Program-made: the position numbers and the translations under genes
Shown here: one piece after another, positions 26,080 to 35,999 of the stretch
How the letters are laid out: every line of letters starts with the position of its first letter
Numbering within the stretch: the stretch's first letter is position 1
NCBI GenBank assembly: GCA_013287775.1
Contig: JABDDE010000004.1
Location: 2,232 to 66,231 of the forward strand
Origin: Chlamydiota bacterium
GTDB taxonomy: Bacteria; Chlamydiota; Chlamydiia; Chlamydiales; FEN-1388
Reading direction: 5' to 3'
Length of the DNA: 64,000 nucleotides
The notes under the pieces: model-generated
The model's database searches: none
What the model saw: only the letters and a program-made list of their open reading frames with translations
What the model was told of the DNA's origin: nothing

Positions 26080-26976
26080 CTACTGCAATGCCGGGCTATC
26101 GAGCGCAACGCCCATGGCGTGCATACCGCAATCCACATAGAGTATTGTGCCCGTGATGCCTGAAGCGAGCGATGAGGTCAAAAATGCTGCAGTGTTGGCA
26201 ACTTCTTCGGTATTAACTTGACGCTGGAGTGGAGAGTTTCTGATAGAATATTCAATCATTTTATCAATAAAGCCAATGGCCTTTGCAGCACGGCTACCAT
26301 AAGCTCCTGCAGAAATCACGTTCACACGTATGCCAAAGCGCCTTGCAGCTTCAAAAGCAAGCGTTCTCGTATCGCTTTCAAGAGCCGCTTTTGCCGAACT
26401 CATACCACCACCGTAGCCAGGAATCACTGTCTCGGAGGCTATGTATGTCAGCGATAGCGCAGCGCCTCCCTTGCTCATAATAGGGCCAAGATGGGACACC
26501 AAGCTCACAAAAGAATATGCTGAAGAGCTCATAGCAGCCAGATACCCCTTTCGAGAAGTATCTAGTAGTGGCTTTTGCACCTCAGGCGCATTGGCAAGCG
26601 AATGAATAAAGATATCAATGGTGCCAAAGTCTTTTTGAATAGCCTCAGCAACTTCAGAAATAGTATAGCCACCAACATCTTTGTAGCGCCTATTTTCTTT
26701 AATATCTGATGGAACATCTTCTGGAGTATCGAATGAAGCGTCTAATGGATAAATTTTTGAAAAAGATAAAAGCTGCCCAGATTTGAGCTTTCTGGCCTCA
26801 TCAAACTTACCCGTATTTAACCCCATGGTAAAAATCTGGAGCATGGGTGTCCATGTGCCGACAAGGATTTCACATCCAGCTTCTGCGAGCGCCTTGGCGA
26901 TAGCCCAGCCAAATCCACGCTCATCCCCAATTCCCGCAATAAATGCGCGTTTGCCTCGTAAATCTATAGATAACAT
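26080..26976 (-). CDS. fabI: Enoyl-[acyl-carrier-protein] reductase (NADH), chlamydial/plant type
   Basis: [59 protein letters not shown]. Confidence 0.9.
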   Translation of the reverse strand: MLSIDLRGKRAFIAGIGDERGFGWAIAKALAEAGCEILVGTWTPMLQIFTMGLNTGKFDEARKLKSGQLLSFSKIYPLDASFDTPEDVPSDIKENRRYKDVGGYTISEVAEAIQKDFGTIDIFIHSLANAPEVQKPLLDTSRKGYLAAMSSSAYSFVSLVSHLGPIMSKGGAALSLTYIASETVIPGYGGGMSSAKAALESDTRTLAFEAARRFGIRVNVISAGAYGSRAAKAIGFIDKMIEYSIRNSPLQRQVNTEEVANTAAFLTSSLASGITGTILYVDCGMHAMGVALDSPALQ

Positions 26977-27130
26977 ATACTACTACCCCTCGCAAGCGAG
27001 GGGTAGTAGTGTATGTTATTACTGCTCCACGCTTACAAAAAAAATCAATCTTAAAGCTATGATTATACCCTATTACGAATATGGAAAGCAACATACAAGC
27101 TCTCTTGTCAACCTCACGCTGCCGCCCATA

Positions 27131-27706
27131 CTGTTACTCACAAGTCAAAAAGTACCCTAAAGCTACTTTTCAGGATGCTATTTTTAAGATAGATAGTGCC
27201 ACGGCTTGGTGACAAAGAGAATAGAGAGTTTAGAGGAGAATAAGAGTGGACGCAGGATCTTACGGTATGGAAAGTTACAAGTATTGGGAGCTTTTTTTAA
27301 GAGGGAGATCACAGAGGTGCAGAGAGAAGTCTGGGCTGTGCGATGCATTTTTCCGCTGGAAGCGGAAAAGTCCAGACATATAAAAATAGACTGACAAATT
27401 TATTTGTCAGTCTATTTTTATATGTCTGGACTTCAACGAGCATATGCTCGTTGAAAATGCATCTTTGTTGCTTCTTATAAGCCCATAATGATCCCTCAGC
27501 TTTCTCTCTAATCTCCCCACTACCCAGACCTTTCTCACCAACGCGCCTAAGCACCCCTAACGCCTCTGACAAGCTCTCTCTGTAAGCTTTCTCCTGTGGC
27601 TCTCCCTGTAAAAAAAAAGTCCCCACAACTTGCAACTGCCAAAACCCTAAGATCCTGCGTCATCTCTCAAGTCTCCTCTAAACTCCTTGCTCTCTTGCCG
27701 CCCAGG
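27131..27706. repeat. C-family long imperfect palindrome (about 0.5 kb) with an intact three-way-junction core (27342-27463)
   Basis: The left arm (27205-27318) is the reverse complement of the right arm (27592-27706). The core has a perfect 30-bp central stem. Copies lie at 17232-17596, 55729-56658 and 24195-24549. Confidence 0.85.
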
Positions 27707-27740
27707 ACGTTAGTCATTACTATTGCACATGACGCATACG

Positions 27741-28679
27741 TCAATGGTCGTTCGGATAGAAAGGCTCAATATGCACGACGACTTCACGAACTTGGGGCCA
27801 TGCCCTCTGAATAGACAGACGCACCTGCTGGCTGATGGTGTGCGCTTGCTCCACACGTATGTTTGGATCAACTTCAACATCAATGTCTACATGTGCATCT
27901 GGCCCAGAATGCTGCATGCGGATCTTTTCTACGCCCAGCACACCAGCGGTTTTCATGGCTGCTTGCCTCACGGTAGCAAAATAGCGATTGTCTGGAATGC
28001 GATCGAGAAGCTGATTACAGTTCGTCTTTGCTGCGTATACACCAATCCCTATCATAAAAATTGCAATAGCCATAGCCCCAAATGCATCAAAAATCCAGCT
28101 CGCATCAGGCACCACTGCGCCTGCAACCGTGGCAACAAGTGCTAGGATGCTACTCAGGGAGTCAATACGGAAATGAAATGCCTCTGAGGTGAGCACTGAA
28201 GCCTGCTCTTGCCGGGCAATGTGCTGCATGCGGCGCCCTGCCATCTCCAAAAGAGCGCATGCCACTAAAGGTACAAGCCATACTGTGCGCTCGAGTGGTG
28301 GCTTTGGTTCTAAATGCAAAAATTGCATCCACTCATGAATAAGCATTGCAGTACCGCTCAGAACAAAAAAAATGCCGAGCTGCATGCCAATAAGGGGCTC
28401 ATATTTTCCATGCCCAAATGGATGGTCTTTATCAGGTGGCCTTTCTGCCAATTTTATAGAAACAATAACAGCAATCGATGAGGCAACATCAGCAATTGTT
28501 GCCAGGCCGTCCAAAAGAAGCGCGCTACTTCCAAAAAGAGCATATCCTATAAGTTCCCCTGTTGCAATCAAAAGCCGCAGCGACATCCCCAGTAGCACAA
28601 TGTATAAAAGCGTTCTACTGCGCGCCTTTCTTGCATAAGATACTTCGTCAGGAATAGGAATAGGAGCTGGAAATACCAT
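27741..28679 (-). CDS. Cation diffusion facilitator (CDF) family metal efflux transporter
   Basis: SSALLLDGLATIADVASS, DKDHPFGHGKYEPL, and a C-terminal cytoplasmic domain. Confidence 0.85.
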   Translation of the reverse strand: MVFPAPIPIPDEVSYARKARSRTLLYIVLLGMSLRLLIATGELIGYALFGSSALLLDGLATIADVASSIAVIVSIKLAERPPDKDHPFGHGKYEPLIGMQLGIFFVLSGTAMLIHEWMQFLHLEPKPPLERTVWLVPLVACALLEMAGRRMQHIARQEQASVLTSEAFHFRIDSLSSILALVATVAGAVVPDASWIFDAFGAMAIAIFMIGIGVYAAKTNCNQLLDRIPDNRYFATVRQAAMKTAGVLGVEKIRMQHSGPDAHVDIDVEVDPNIRVEQAHTISQQVRLSIQRAWPQVREVVVHIEPFYPNDH

Positions 28680-29444
28680 TTACAACCTAAAAAGCCTCTG
28701 GGCATTATCCCAGCTTACATTAGCACACTCTTCAAGAGTCATGCCCCGAAGTGCAGCTATCACCTGCGCAGTATGCACCAAATATGCAGGCTCGTTTTGT
28801 TTGCCTCGCAAGGGCTGTGGAGCAAGAAAGGGACTATCCGTTTCAATAAGAAGCCGCTCTTGTGGTATCGACTTCGCAACCGCCTTCAGCGCCGCACTCT
28901 TTGGAAATGTCACAATACCGCTAAACGATACATAAAGTCCCCGTCGTACACACTCTGCAGCTTCTTCTTCAGTCCCTGTAAAACAATGCAGCACCCCTCT
29001 TTGTGCTCCCTCTTCATCCCAAATAGTAAAAAAATCATGAAAAGCATCACGACAATGGATCACCAGCGGCAAATCATACTGCAGTGCAAGCTGTATGTAT
29101 CTTCGCAGATGCTGCTGCTGCATGTCACGCGGCGCATGCTCATAATAGTAATCAAGCCCCGTCTCGCCTATGGCCACCAGTTTTGAAGCCGCCGCTGCTT
29201 CTTGTACTACCGAAAAAAATGCCTCCCCGTGCGTGTGGACATCATGAGGTGTTGCAGAAGCTGTAAGATATATTTTTACTTTGTCAAATTGTTGCTGGTA
29301 CTTTAGCCCCTTTTCGTATGTCGCTGCATCGGTACAAATATTGACGATAGCTCTAAGACCTGCATCGTAAGCACGGAGTAATAGACCTTCAACGATATCC
29401 TCGTCAAAGTATCCTAAATGAGCATGTGAGTCTATAAAATCCAT
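28680..29444 (-). CDS. tatD: TatD-family metal-dependent hydrolase/DNase
   Basis: MDFIDSHAHL, GETGLDYYY, LPLVIHCRDA, ETDSPFLAP. Its stop abuts the CDF gene start. Confidence 0.85.
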   Translation of the reverse strand: MDFIDSHAHLGYFDEDIVEGLLLRAYDAGLRAIVNICTDAATYEKGLKYQQQFDKVKIYLTASATPHDVHTHGEAFFSVVQEAAAASKLVAIGETGLDYYYEHAPRDMQQQHLRRYIQLALQYDLPLVIHCRDAFHDFFTIWDEEGAQRGVLHCFTGTEEEAAECVRRGLYVSFSGIVTFPKSAALKAVAKSIPQERLLIETDSPFLAPQPLRGKQNEPAYLVHTAQVIAALRGMTLEECANVSWDNAQRLFRL

Positions 29445-29457
29445 AATACGTTTTTTT

Positions 29458-29654
29458 CGTCATGTGCGATTTTCCGAAGGAAAATCGCACATGACTCCCC
29501 CCACGTTCCGTGCAGGGCGTGCGCTAATGCACACGCCCGCACTTCACGCGGGGCTAACCACTGCCGCCACTACCGTGGCGGAGCTGCCAGTTCCATTAAA
29601 TTCCCAACATTTTTTCGTCATGTGCGATTTTCCGAAGGAAAATCACACATGACG
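29458..29654. repeat. Composite: two H-family hairpins flanking a P-family module
   Basis: The first hairpin, CGTCATGTGCGATTTTCC-GAA-GGAAAATCGCACATGAC, is at 29458-29495. The second copy is at 29616-29654. Between them lie CCCCACGTTCCG..GGGCGTGCGCTAATGCACACGCCC..CACGCGGGGCT and GCCGCCACTACCGTGGCGG. Confidence 0.85.
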
Positions 29655-31583
29655 CTACACTTCTTTCAGGGCTTCTATCACCATAGCGGGCGTTAAGATT
29701 TCGGGAAGAAGTGTCGGCGGGTCATTTTCGTTTTTCCCATAAAGCGCATATACAGGCACGCCATTTCTCCCAAGCGCACGAAGGGCTTTTGTGATTTTTT
29801 CATCATTATTGGTCCAGTCAGCCTCCATTTTAACAACGCCATAACGAATGAAGGCCTCTTTCACAGAAGCGGCTTCGAGGACAAGACTGTTTGCCTGGCA
29901 GGTAAGGCACCACTTTGCCGTAAAATCGACAAATACAGGAATATGGGCCTTACGATATTCTGCAAGCTTTGTTGCAGAATAGGGCACCCACTCGGCTCCG
30001 ATTACAGCCCGGCTCTGAGGCTCTTCCAAGAGCAGCGGCATTTGCGGACGCGATACCACCTCTGCCGTTTTGACTTCATACAAAAATAGAGCGACCCCGG
30101 CAAGGAGAATAAGAAATGAAATCGGCTTTACTATGGCTCTCAGCATCTTGCCTCTATCAAAACCACCCCACGTACCATACACCCACAACCCGAAACTCAT
30201 GAGGAAAAAGGCAGCAAAAAGGGATGCTAAAGGCAAATTGGAGGTTTCAGCCTCAAGCACCCACAAAAGCCAGAAGATCGTTGCAAGCAAGAAAAAGCCC
30301 ATAAGCTCTTTAAATGTTACCATCCAGCGTCCAGGCCGCGGTATCCACTTAAGAAGTGATGGAAATAGGGAAAGGAGAAAATAGGGAAAGGCCATGCCTA
30401 TACCCAAACAGGTAAATACAAGAAATGAATAGATGGGATCGAGTGTTGCGGCGAAGCCAATAGTTGAGCCAAGGAGTGGCCCTGTACAGGGAGTTGCTAC
30501 AATGGTTGCCAAGATGCCACTCCAGAATGAAGTCAGGGGGGAAGTGGCCACTTGAGCGATAGGTGAGCCTACTTTGGCAATCTCGTCAAGATGCGCGGCG
30601 ATTGAGGCAACCTTGGTACCAAATTCAAAAACCCCAAAAAGGCTTAAGCTCAAGATAAAAAGAATAATAACGAGAATGGCTACAAATAGTGGCTCTTGTA
30701 ATTGAAATCCCCAACCCACTGTTGTACCAAGCATTTGAAGCACGAAAATTGCCCCAGCCAATATCCAAAAGCATAAAATTACCCCACACGAAAAAGCAAC
30801 ACCATGTTTTACTGTGGTGCCTCTTCCCTGCCCTTGGAGCTGCACAAAATGCAGCACCTTCAAACTCACTACCGGAAGCACACAAGGCATGATATTGAGA
30901 AGCATACCGCCGAAAAACGCAGAAAGGAGTATGAGGAGAAAATTTGCTGAAAAAATACCTTGAATATGAGTGAGCGTCCGTTTATACCAGCTTTGTGCCT
31001 CGATTTGTGGCTTTACTCCATAAACGGGCGCTTTTTGCTCCGCTTCATTCTGCTGTAGCCCTTGGCGCGCTTTTACAAAAATATCTTTACACTTATCTGA
31101 TTTTTGTGGTGGGCCAGCTGCAGCCATGATAGAGAGCGAGACATCTGTTTTGCCCGGCACACATAGCGTTGAACAGGCAATCCAAGAAATAGTTGCTTTG
31201 ATAGTATACTCTGTACTCTGTGCAGTCGTGGCTACTTGGAGCGGAATCAGGCAATAGGTCGTGCCCGTGTATCCAAAACCGGTAACACCTCCCTCAGTAA
31301 ATCGTTCGGGCTGTGGCCATTGTATTTGCCCTATTTGAATGCCTTCAGGAAGCGTCCAGGAAATAATAGGGGGGCCATTGATATTGTTACTGCCCGGCCC
31401 ATACAAATGCCAACCAGGTTCAATGGTAAAGGCCATGAGGAGAGAGGCATCATGGCCTGGCTGCAGTGTTTCATCTTCTGCGATGAGCTCTATGTTGACA
31501 ATGTTTTGAGAGCTGTTTGCAAAAATATGCACTCCAAAAAATGCCTGGAGCGCTACAATAGCTAGGATAATATAGTGTTTCAT
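29655..31583 (-). CDS. dsbD: Thiol:disulfide interchange protein DsbD
   Basis: MPCVLPVVSLK, TPCTGPLLG, and the C-terminal thioredoxin WCLTCQ. The start is re-set to the ATG at 31583 (MKHYIILAIVALQAFFG); the track start at 31604 is TTG and lies inside a hairpin repeat. Confidence 0.85.
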   Translation of the reverse strand: MKHYIILAIVALQAFFGVHIFANSSQNIVNIELIAEDETLQPGHDASLLMAFTIEPGWHLYGPGSNNINGPPIISWTLPEGIQIGQIQWPQPERFTEGGVTGFGYTGTTYCLIPLQVATTAQSTEYTIKATISWIACSTLCVPGKTDVSLSIMAAAGPPQKSDKCKDIFVKARQGLQQNEAEQKAPVYGVKPQIEAQSWYKRTLTHIQGIFSANFLLILLSAFFGGMLLNIMPCVLPVVSLKVLHFVQLQGQGRGTTVKHGVAFSCGVILCFWILAGAIFVLQMLGTTVGWGFQLQEPLFVAILVIILFILSLSLFGVFEFGTKVASIAAHLDEIAKVGSPIAQVATSPLTSFWSGILATIVATPCTGPLLGSTIGFAATLDPIYSFLVFTCLGIGMAFPYFLLSLFPSLLKWIPRPGRWMVTFKELMGFFLLATIFWLLWVLEAETSNLPLASLFAAFFLMSFGLWVYGTWGGFDRGKMLRAIVKPISFLILLAGVALFLYEVKTAEVVSRPQMPLLLEEPQSRAVIGAEWVPYSATKLAEYRKAHIPVFVDFTAKWCLTCQANSLVLEAASVKEAFIRYGVVKMEADWTNNDEKITKALRALGRNGVPVYALYGKNENDPPTLLPEILTPAMVIEALKEV

Positions 31584-31592
31584 AACCATTAA

Positions 31593-31633
31593 CGTCATGT
31601 GCAACTTTTCCTTACGGAAAAGTGCACATGACG
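31593..31633. repeat. H-family hairpin repeat
   Basis: CGTCATGTGCAACTTTTCC-TTAC-GGAAAAGTGCACATGACG. Confidence 0.85.
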
Positions 31634-31724
31634 GAAAAATTTTAAGGAAAATGGATTACCCAGCTTAGAGCAACCGCGAAGCGGCTGGAGAAGCGGGGAA
31701 CAAACAACCATTCCGCATACTACG

Positions 31725-31761
31725 CCATGTGCACTTTTCCATAAGGAAAAGTCGCACATGG
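31725..31761. repeat. H-family hairpin repeat
   Basis: CCATGTGCACTTTTCC-ATAA-GGAAAAGTCGCACATGG. Confidence 0.8.
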
Positions 31762-31801
31762 TATAAACATATATTGTACATAACTTAGGTGGATTTTTAC
31801 C

Positions 31802-32518
31802 ATGATCTTTATACTTACAAGTAATCCTTTTATCGAAGCATTCGTCGAATCCGATGCCATCGGCAAGCTGATTTTTATCGCGCTCATTGTGCTCTCAATT
31901 ATTTCGTGGAGCATTATTTTGCAAAAAATATGGCTTCTGTATCAGGTAAAAGAGACCTCTTTTGCCTTTAGACGCACTTTTCAGGAGCACAAAAATACGC
32001 CCCTCACAATACAGTATCAGGCGAGAAATCGCCCTGAATACCCAAACTCTTTTTTTATTATTTATGAGATTGTGAAGACGAAAACGAAAGAGCTCTTTGG
32101 AAAGAACCAACAAGAGGTGCTCTCTTCGGATGATATTGCCTGTCTTGATGTTGCCACCGAATCAGCAATCGCTTCATTAAAAAAATATCTTGATAAACAC
32201 CTCTATATTCTTTCAACCATAGTCACGCTAGCTCCTTTTTTAGGGCTTCTGGGTACCGTGTACGGCATTTTAATTACCTTTTCAGGAATGAAAGCAGACC
32301 CTATCAACGCCTCGAATCAGGCTGTATTGGGAGGCCTGTCTCTGGCACTCACCACAACGGTTATTGGTCTGATCAATGCCATCCCAGCACTTATTGGGTA
32401 TAATGCCCTGAAAAATAGTGTGCAGGGATTCGAGGTGGAAATGAATCGCTTTGCCACAGAGGTGGTGGAGCGCATGGTATTCACATCACCTCGTAAACTC
32501 GGGGATGTGAATAAATAA
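31802..32518 (+). CDS. tolQ: MotA/TolQ/ExbB-family proton channel protein
   Basis: It has three TM segments and LAPFLGLLGTVYGILITF. It is divergent from dsbD. Confidence 0.8.
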   Translation: MIFILTSNPFIEAFVESDAIGKLIFIALIVLSIISWSIILQKIWLLYQVKETSFAFRRTFQEHKNTPLTIQYQARNRPEYPNSFFIIYEIVKTKTKELFGKNQQEVLSSDDIACLDVATESAIASLKKYLDKHLYILSTIVTLAPFLGLLGTVYGILITFSGMKADPINASNQAVLGGLSLALTTTVIGLINAIPALIGYNALKNSVQGFEVEMNRFATEVVERMVFTSPRKLGDVNK

Positions 32519-32574
32519 TCCACTTACCACAATGTAAGTACAGCTTTCTCTCTTCGCCACTGTCCAGACCTTTC

Positions 32575-33430
32575 CCTGTGCTGTTGCAATTGTTGCCCTT
32601 CAGGCAACATGTGGGGCATCTTCTCGTTATTTAAAATCTCATTCAGTCACTGCATGGCTACCTATGAGCGCAAAATCCAACTGGATTTTGCGCTCATAGA
32701 AAAAAATGTTACTGCTTAACATATTATTAGATAAAAATCAAAAAATGGTTTTTGGAGTTTGTGTAGGCTATAATATTGCCAAAATTCATGCATGTTTCAA
32801 TGGTATGATTGTTCACCCAATACGTGGAAGTGCCATAGCCCCCGCCACGGTAGTGGCGGCTGGTGTTAGCCCCGCGTGACCGTGGGAGCACGCATTGCGT
32901 GCGACCGAGGGAACGTGGGGTTGGGCAGCGGTTAAAAAACAGAGCTGCGGTAGCAGCGAAACCCATTTGTGTTGACATATTTAACGTACATATTATTGTT
33001 ACAGATACAATTCTGTTTCGCTGCTACCGCAGCTCTATTTTTATTTATGCATCTGTAACCCCACGTTGCGCCGGCCGTAGCGCACGCGCTACGGCCGCGC
33101 TCCACGCGGGGCTAATGAATTCCACCGCTGCCGCGGTGGGGTCCATATCAACTAGAATCTTAATATGTTACGCGTTTGCCTTAAGTTGACACCACTCCAG
33201 CCTTAGCCTGATGCGTATGCCACTACCGTGGCGGGGGCTATGACACTTGCGCGTATTGGGTGAACAGTCATGTCATTGAAACACGCATAGATTCTTGCAA
33301 AATTATGGCCTACGCGATGCGTAAAACCATTTCTGATTTTTTATCTAATAATAGCTTGAAACAGTAATATTTTTTACACGAATCGAGAGTGAAGGGCAAC
33401 AACAAAAAAAAGTCGCACATCGCGTAAACA
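32575..33430. repeat. Giant imperfect palindrome built from T-, P- and other modules
   Basis: Positions 32704-32856 are the reverse complement (most positions, by eye) of 33219-33378. The centre is the hairpin AGAGCTGCGGTAGCAGCG (32941-32958) / CGCTGCTACCGCAGCTCT (33019-33036). A T module lies at 32575-32700, with its partial reverse complement at 33391-33430. Confidence 0.85.
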
Positions 33431-33550
33431 CCCAAAGCCTATGAGAGTCATGGCCTTAGCCTAATGTATATACTATTCGTGAAAATTATAATTTGACAAA
33501 GAAAAATTTAAAATTTATTATGAAGTTATGTATCAAACAATGAGGAAGTT

Positions 33551-35845
33551 ATGACTACCAATATGAATACGGGCATGAGCCCAGCATTATCAAGGCAATT
33601 TGAAGCAATTAGAACATATGTTCACGGCGCACCCAACACGCAGCGTTTGGTGCTTCAGGATGGTGAAGTGAGGTGTGTATCGGAGACCCAGTCCACTGCA
33701 TCGTTGGCCCAGAGAGCTATCGCAAACCGTGTGGTGACTGTTATGCAACAGTACCAAACATTTCAGAGCACTACTGATCCTACGATGAGCGACCTGATAA
33801 CAGCAAGCACAGACCCATTACGTTTACCGACAGAGCGTAGTCAAGCTGTGCGAGACATCTTATTTCCACACGCCTCGTTGCCTTCTACAATGAGCTCTTC
33901 ATCACTATCATCATCCTCGTCCTCGTCACAATCGTCCTCGTCACTATCATCATCGTCACAATCATCATCGTCTCTATCATCACCAACACCTATGGCCACT
34001 GACAGGCCCAGAATAACCCGACCTCGTGAAGAGGCACCAGAAGAGGCAGAGACTGGTCACAGGCGACGCCGAGCCAGAATTGAGCCTACCACGTATACTG
34101 GGCAAGTAAGAAACCTTTTAGGGACAGTCTTACCGCCCGATCTACACACTCTCGTGCAAGAATACGCAGGCCCTCCTGACACCTTAAGAGGCCTAATGCA
34201 CATGATACCCACGACACTCTCTCAAGCAGAGCGAAGAGAGCGGTTTAAGACAATTATTACTGATCCGGCCATCAATGTACCTATTGTCAATCAGCTCTTC
34301 GATGAGGCTGACCTAAACGTCGTGAAAAATAAACCTGTGCTTCGGCAGCTGTTCACTGACGTGAATGGCAACGTCGATGAAGGAGCGTTACATACATTTA
34401 TATATGATATTTTTATGGGCATTATAGCTCAACCAAGCCCGGAGATAACTATTGTACGCAAATTATTTGATTTCGGCACGACTCCTGCTCCCTTTTTAGC
34501 TCCCGCTCACGTGTTTTTGCAAGCCCTATGCGGGGGAGACATAGAAAAACACTCGCGCTGTATGGCAGCTCTTTCGCAGCATGTGTGGAATTTTATGCCA
34601 TCTGATGAAAATCACTGCCGTATGGCTGTAGAATATGTATGCTTACTTCCTCAAGAAGAGCGCATTCCTCTTTTTCTGAAAATGATTACACAGCCAGGTG
34701 GGAACCCGCATATTGCCAACTTCATCCTTCGTGAATCTGGTTTTAGTGAGGCAGGAATAAGACAAAACGAAGTGCTCCAAGACATATTTGGAAGTACGAA
34801 TAACACTCAATTGCGAAGATGTACGCAATCTCTATACGATAATAGGCTGAAGACACTACAGAGAACCGATGAGTTTAGCAATATTCAAACCTACATATGG
34901 TCACTTCCACCCGAACAACGCCAAAACGCTTTTTATGAGCTTCTTACTCAAGATGGCTCCGACAACTTAGTGAAATTGTTTTTAATAGAGATGTGTGATG
35001 ATGATGGCAACATCTCCTATGAACAAATGAAAAATAATCCTTTCCTTCGTGAACTATGTAACAACAATGAAACAACGCTCAATCAACTTCTCGTGCGTAT
35101 TTTTGAAGAAATATTTAAATCAGCAGCCACCAATTATAGACTTTTGAACCACATCTTAGCCGATCCAGAAGTCGGCTATAACGTAGATCGCATATCGCAC
35201 TCTACGCTTCTTACCTCATTATTTACGATAAATGGAGACCTCGATGCACCGGCATTAACTACATTTATTAATACCCACGTTGTGCCGAATTTATCCCAGC
35301 TGGGTGGTCTTAACCTGGAAGCTCGAGTAACTGACAGGCGATTCATAGACTTATGTACACAAGTCACGGAATTATATAATACTAACGAGGACAATATAAG
35401 CGAGGCAGATCTGGCGGACATGATTAATCGACTCCCTCTGGTAAATGACCTAGACATTGCTGTACATGATGGCTCGTGTCTGGGATTGATAACAGAACCA
35501 GAACGAATACTACATTTAGAGGTCAGTCTGCCCGGTGTTTTGGATCCACATTCCTTAGCCACGCTTATGTTTGACATAGGTCGCTTTACTCAGCTCCAGA
35601 GCTTAACGGTGGCAGAGAGCCCTGGGCAGCTACTTACTGATACCGACTTACAATACCTTCTCTCTCTAACCGAGCTTGACTATCTGAATCTTTCTGGCCA
35701 AGTGCAGCTGACCGATGCCTGCATCGATACTCTTTTGCAGCTTCCTTCTCTTGAGACAGTAGATTTGAATGATTGTGACAACTTAAGTCTTGATGGTGTA
35801 AACCGACTACGCGCACGAGGCATTAATGTCCTGATTGACGATTGA
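33551..35845 (+). CDS. Eukaryote-like putative effector, paralog of 14377-16725 (poly-Ser, basic patch, F-box-like motif, C-terminal LRRs)
   Basis: GAGGAAG RBS. Shared blocks include QPGGNPHIANFILRES, DIGRFTQLQSL and DLQYLLSLTELDYLNLSGQVQLTDACIDTLLQLP. LPPDLHTLVQEY follows HRRRRARIE. Confidence 0.7.
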   Translation: MTTNMNTGMSPALSRQFEAIRTYVHGAPNTQRLVLQDGEVRCVSETQSTASLAQRAIANRVVTVMQQYQTFQSTTDPTMSDLITASTDPLRLPTERSQAVRDILFPHASLPSTMSSSSLSSSSSSSQSSSSLSSSSQSSSSLSSPTPMATDRPRITRPREEAPEEAETGHRRRRARIEPTTYTGQVRNLLGTVLPPDLHTLVQEYAGPPDTLRGLMHMIPTTLSQAERRERFKTIITDPAINVPIVNQLFDEADLNVVKNKPVLRQLFTDVNGNVDEGALHTFIYDIFMGIIAQPSPEITIVRKLFDFGTTPAPFLAPAHVFLQALCGGDIEKHSRCMAALSQHVWNFMPSDENHCRMAVEYVCLLPQEERIPLFLKMITQPGGNPHIANFILRESGFSEAGIRQNEVLQDIFGSTNNTQLRRCTQSLYDNRLKTLQRTDEFSNIQTYIWSLPPEQRQNAFYELLTQDGSDNLVKLFLIEMCDDDGNISYEQMKNNPFLRELCNNNETTLNQLLVRIFEEIFKSAATNYRLLNHILADPEVGYNVDRISHSTLLTSLFTINGDLDAPALTTFINTHVVPNLSQLGGLNLEARVTDRRFIDLCTQVTELYNTNEDNISEADLADMINRLPLVNDLDIAVHDGSCLGLITEPERILHLEVSLPGVLDPHSLATLMFDIGRFTQLQSLTVAESPGQLLTDTDLQYLLSLTELDYLNLSGQVQLTDACIDTLLQLPSLETVDLNDCDNLSLDGVNRLRARGINVLIDD

Positions 35846-35891
35846 TTTTTTCAGGTTCGGACACCTATTCTTCTCGATGCAACTTTTATGG

Positions 35892-35928
35892 CATGTGTCC
35901 TTTTTTTGAAGGAAAATAACACATGACG
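35892..35928. repeat. H-family hairpin repeat (degenerate)
   Basis: CATGTGTCCTTTTTTTGAAGGAAAATAACACATGACG. Confidence 0.6.
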
Positions 35929-35999
35929 AAAAGTTGCTTCTTTTTTTTCCGATTCATGGTATGGTAAGGGGATAACAAACTCAAAAAGGAGTACAACCT

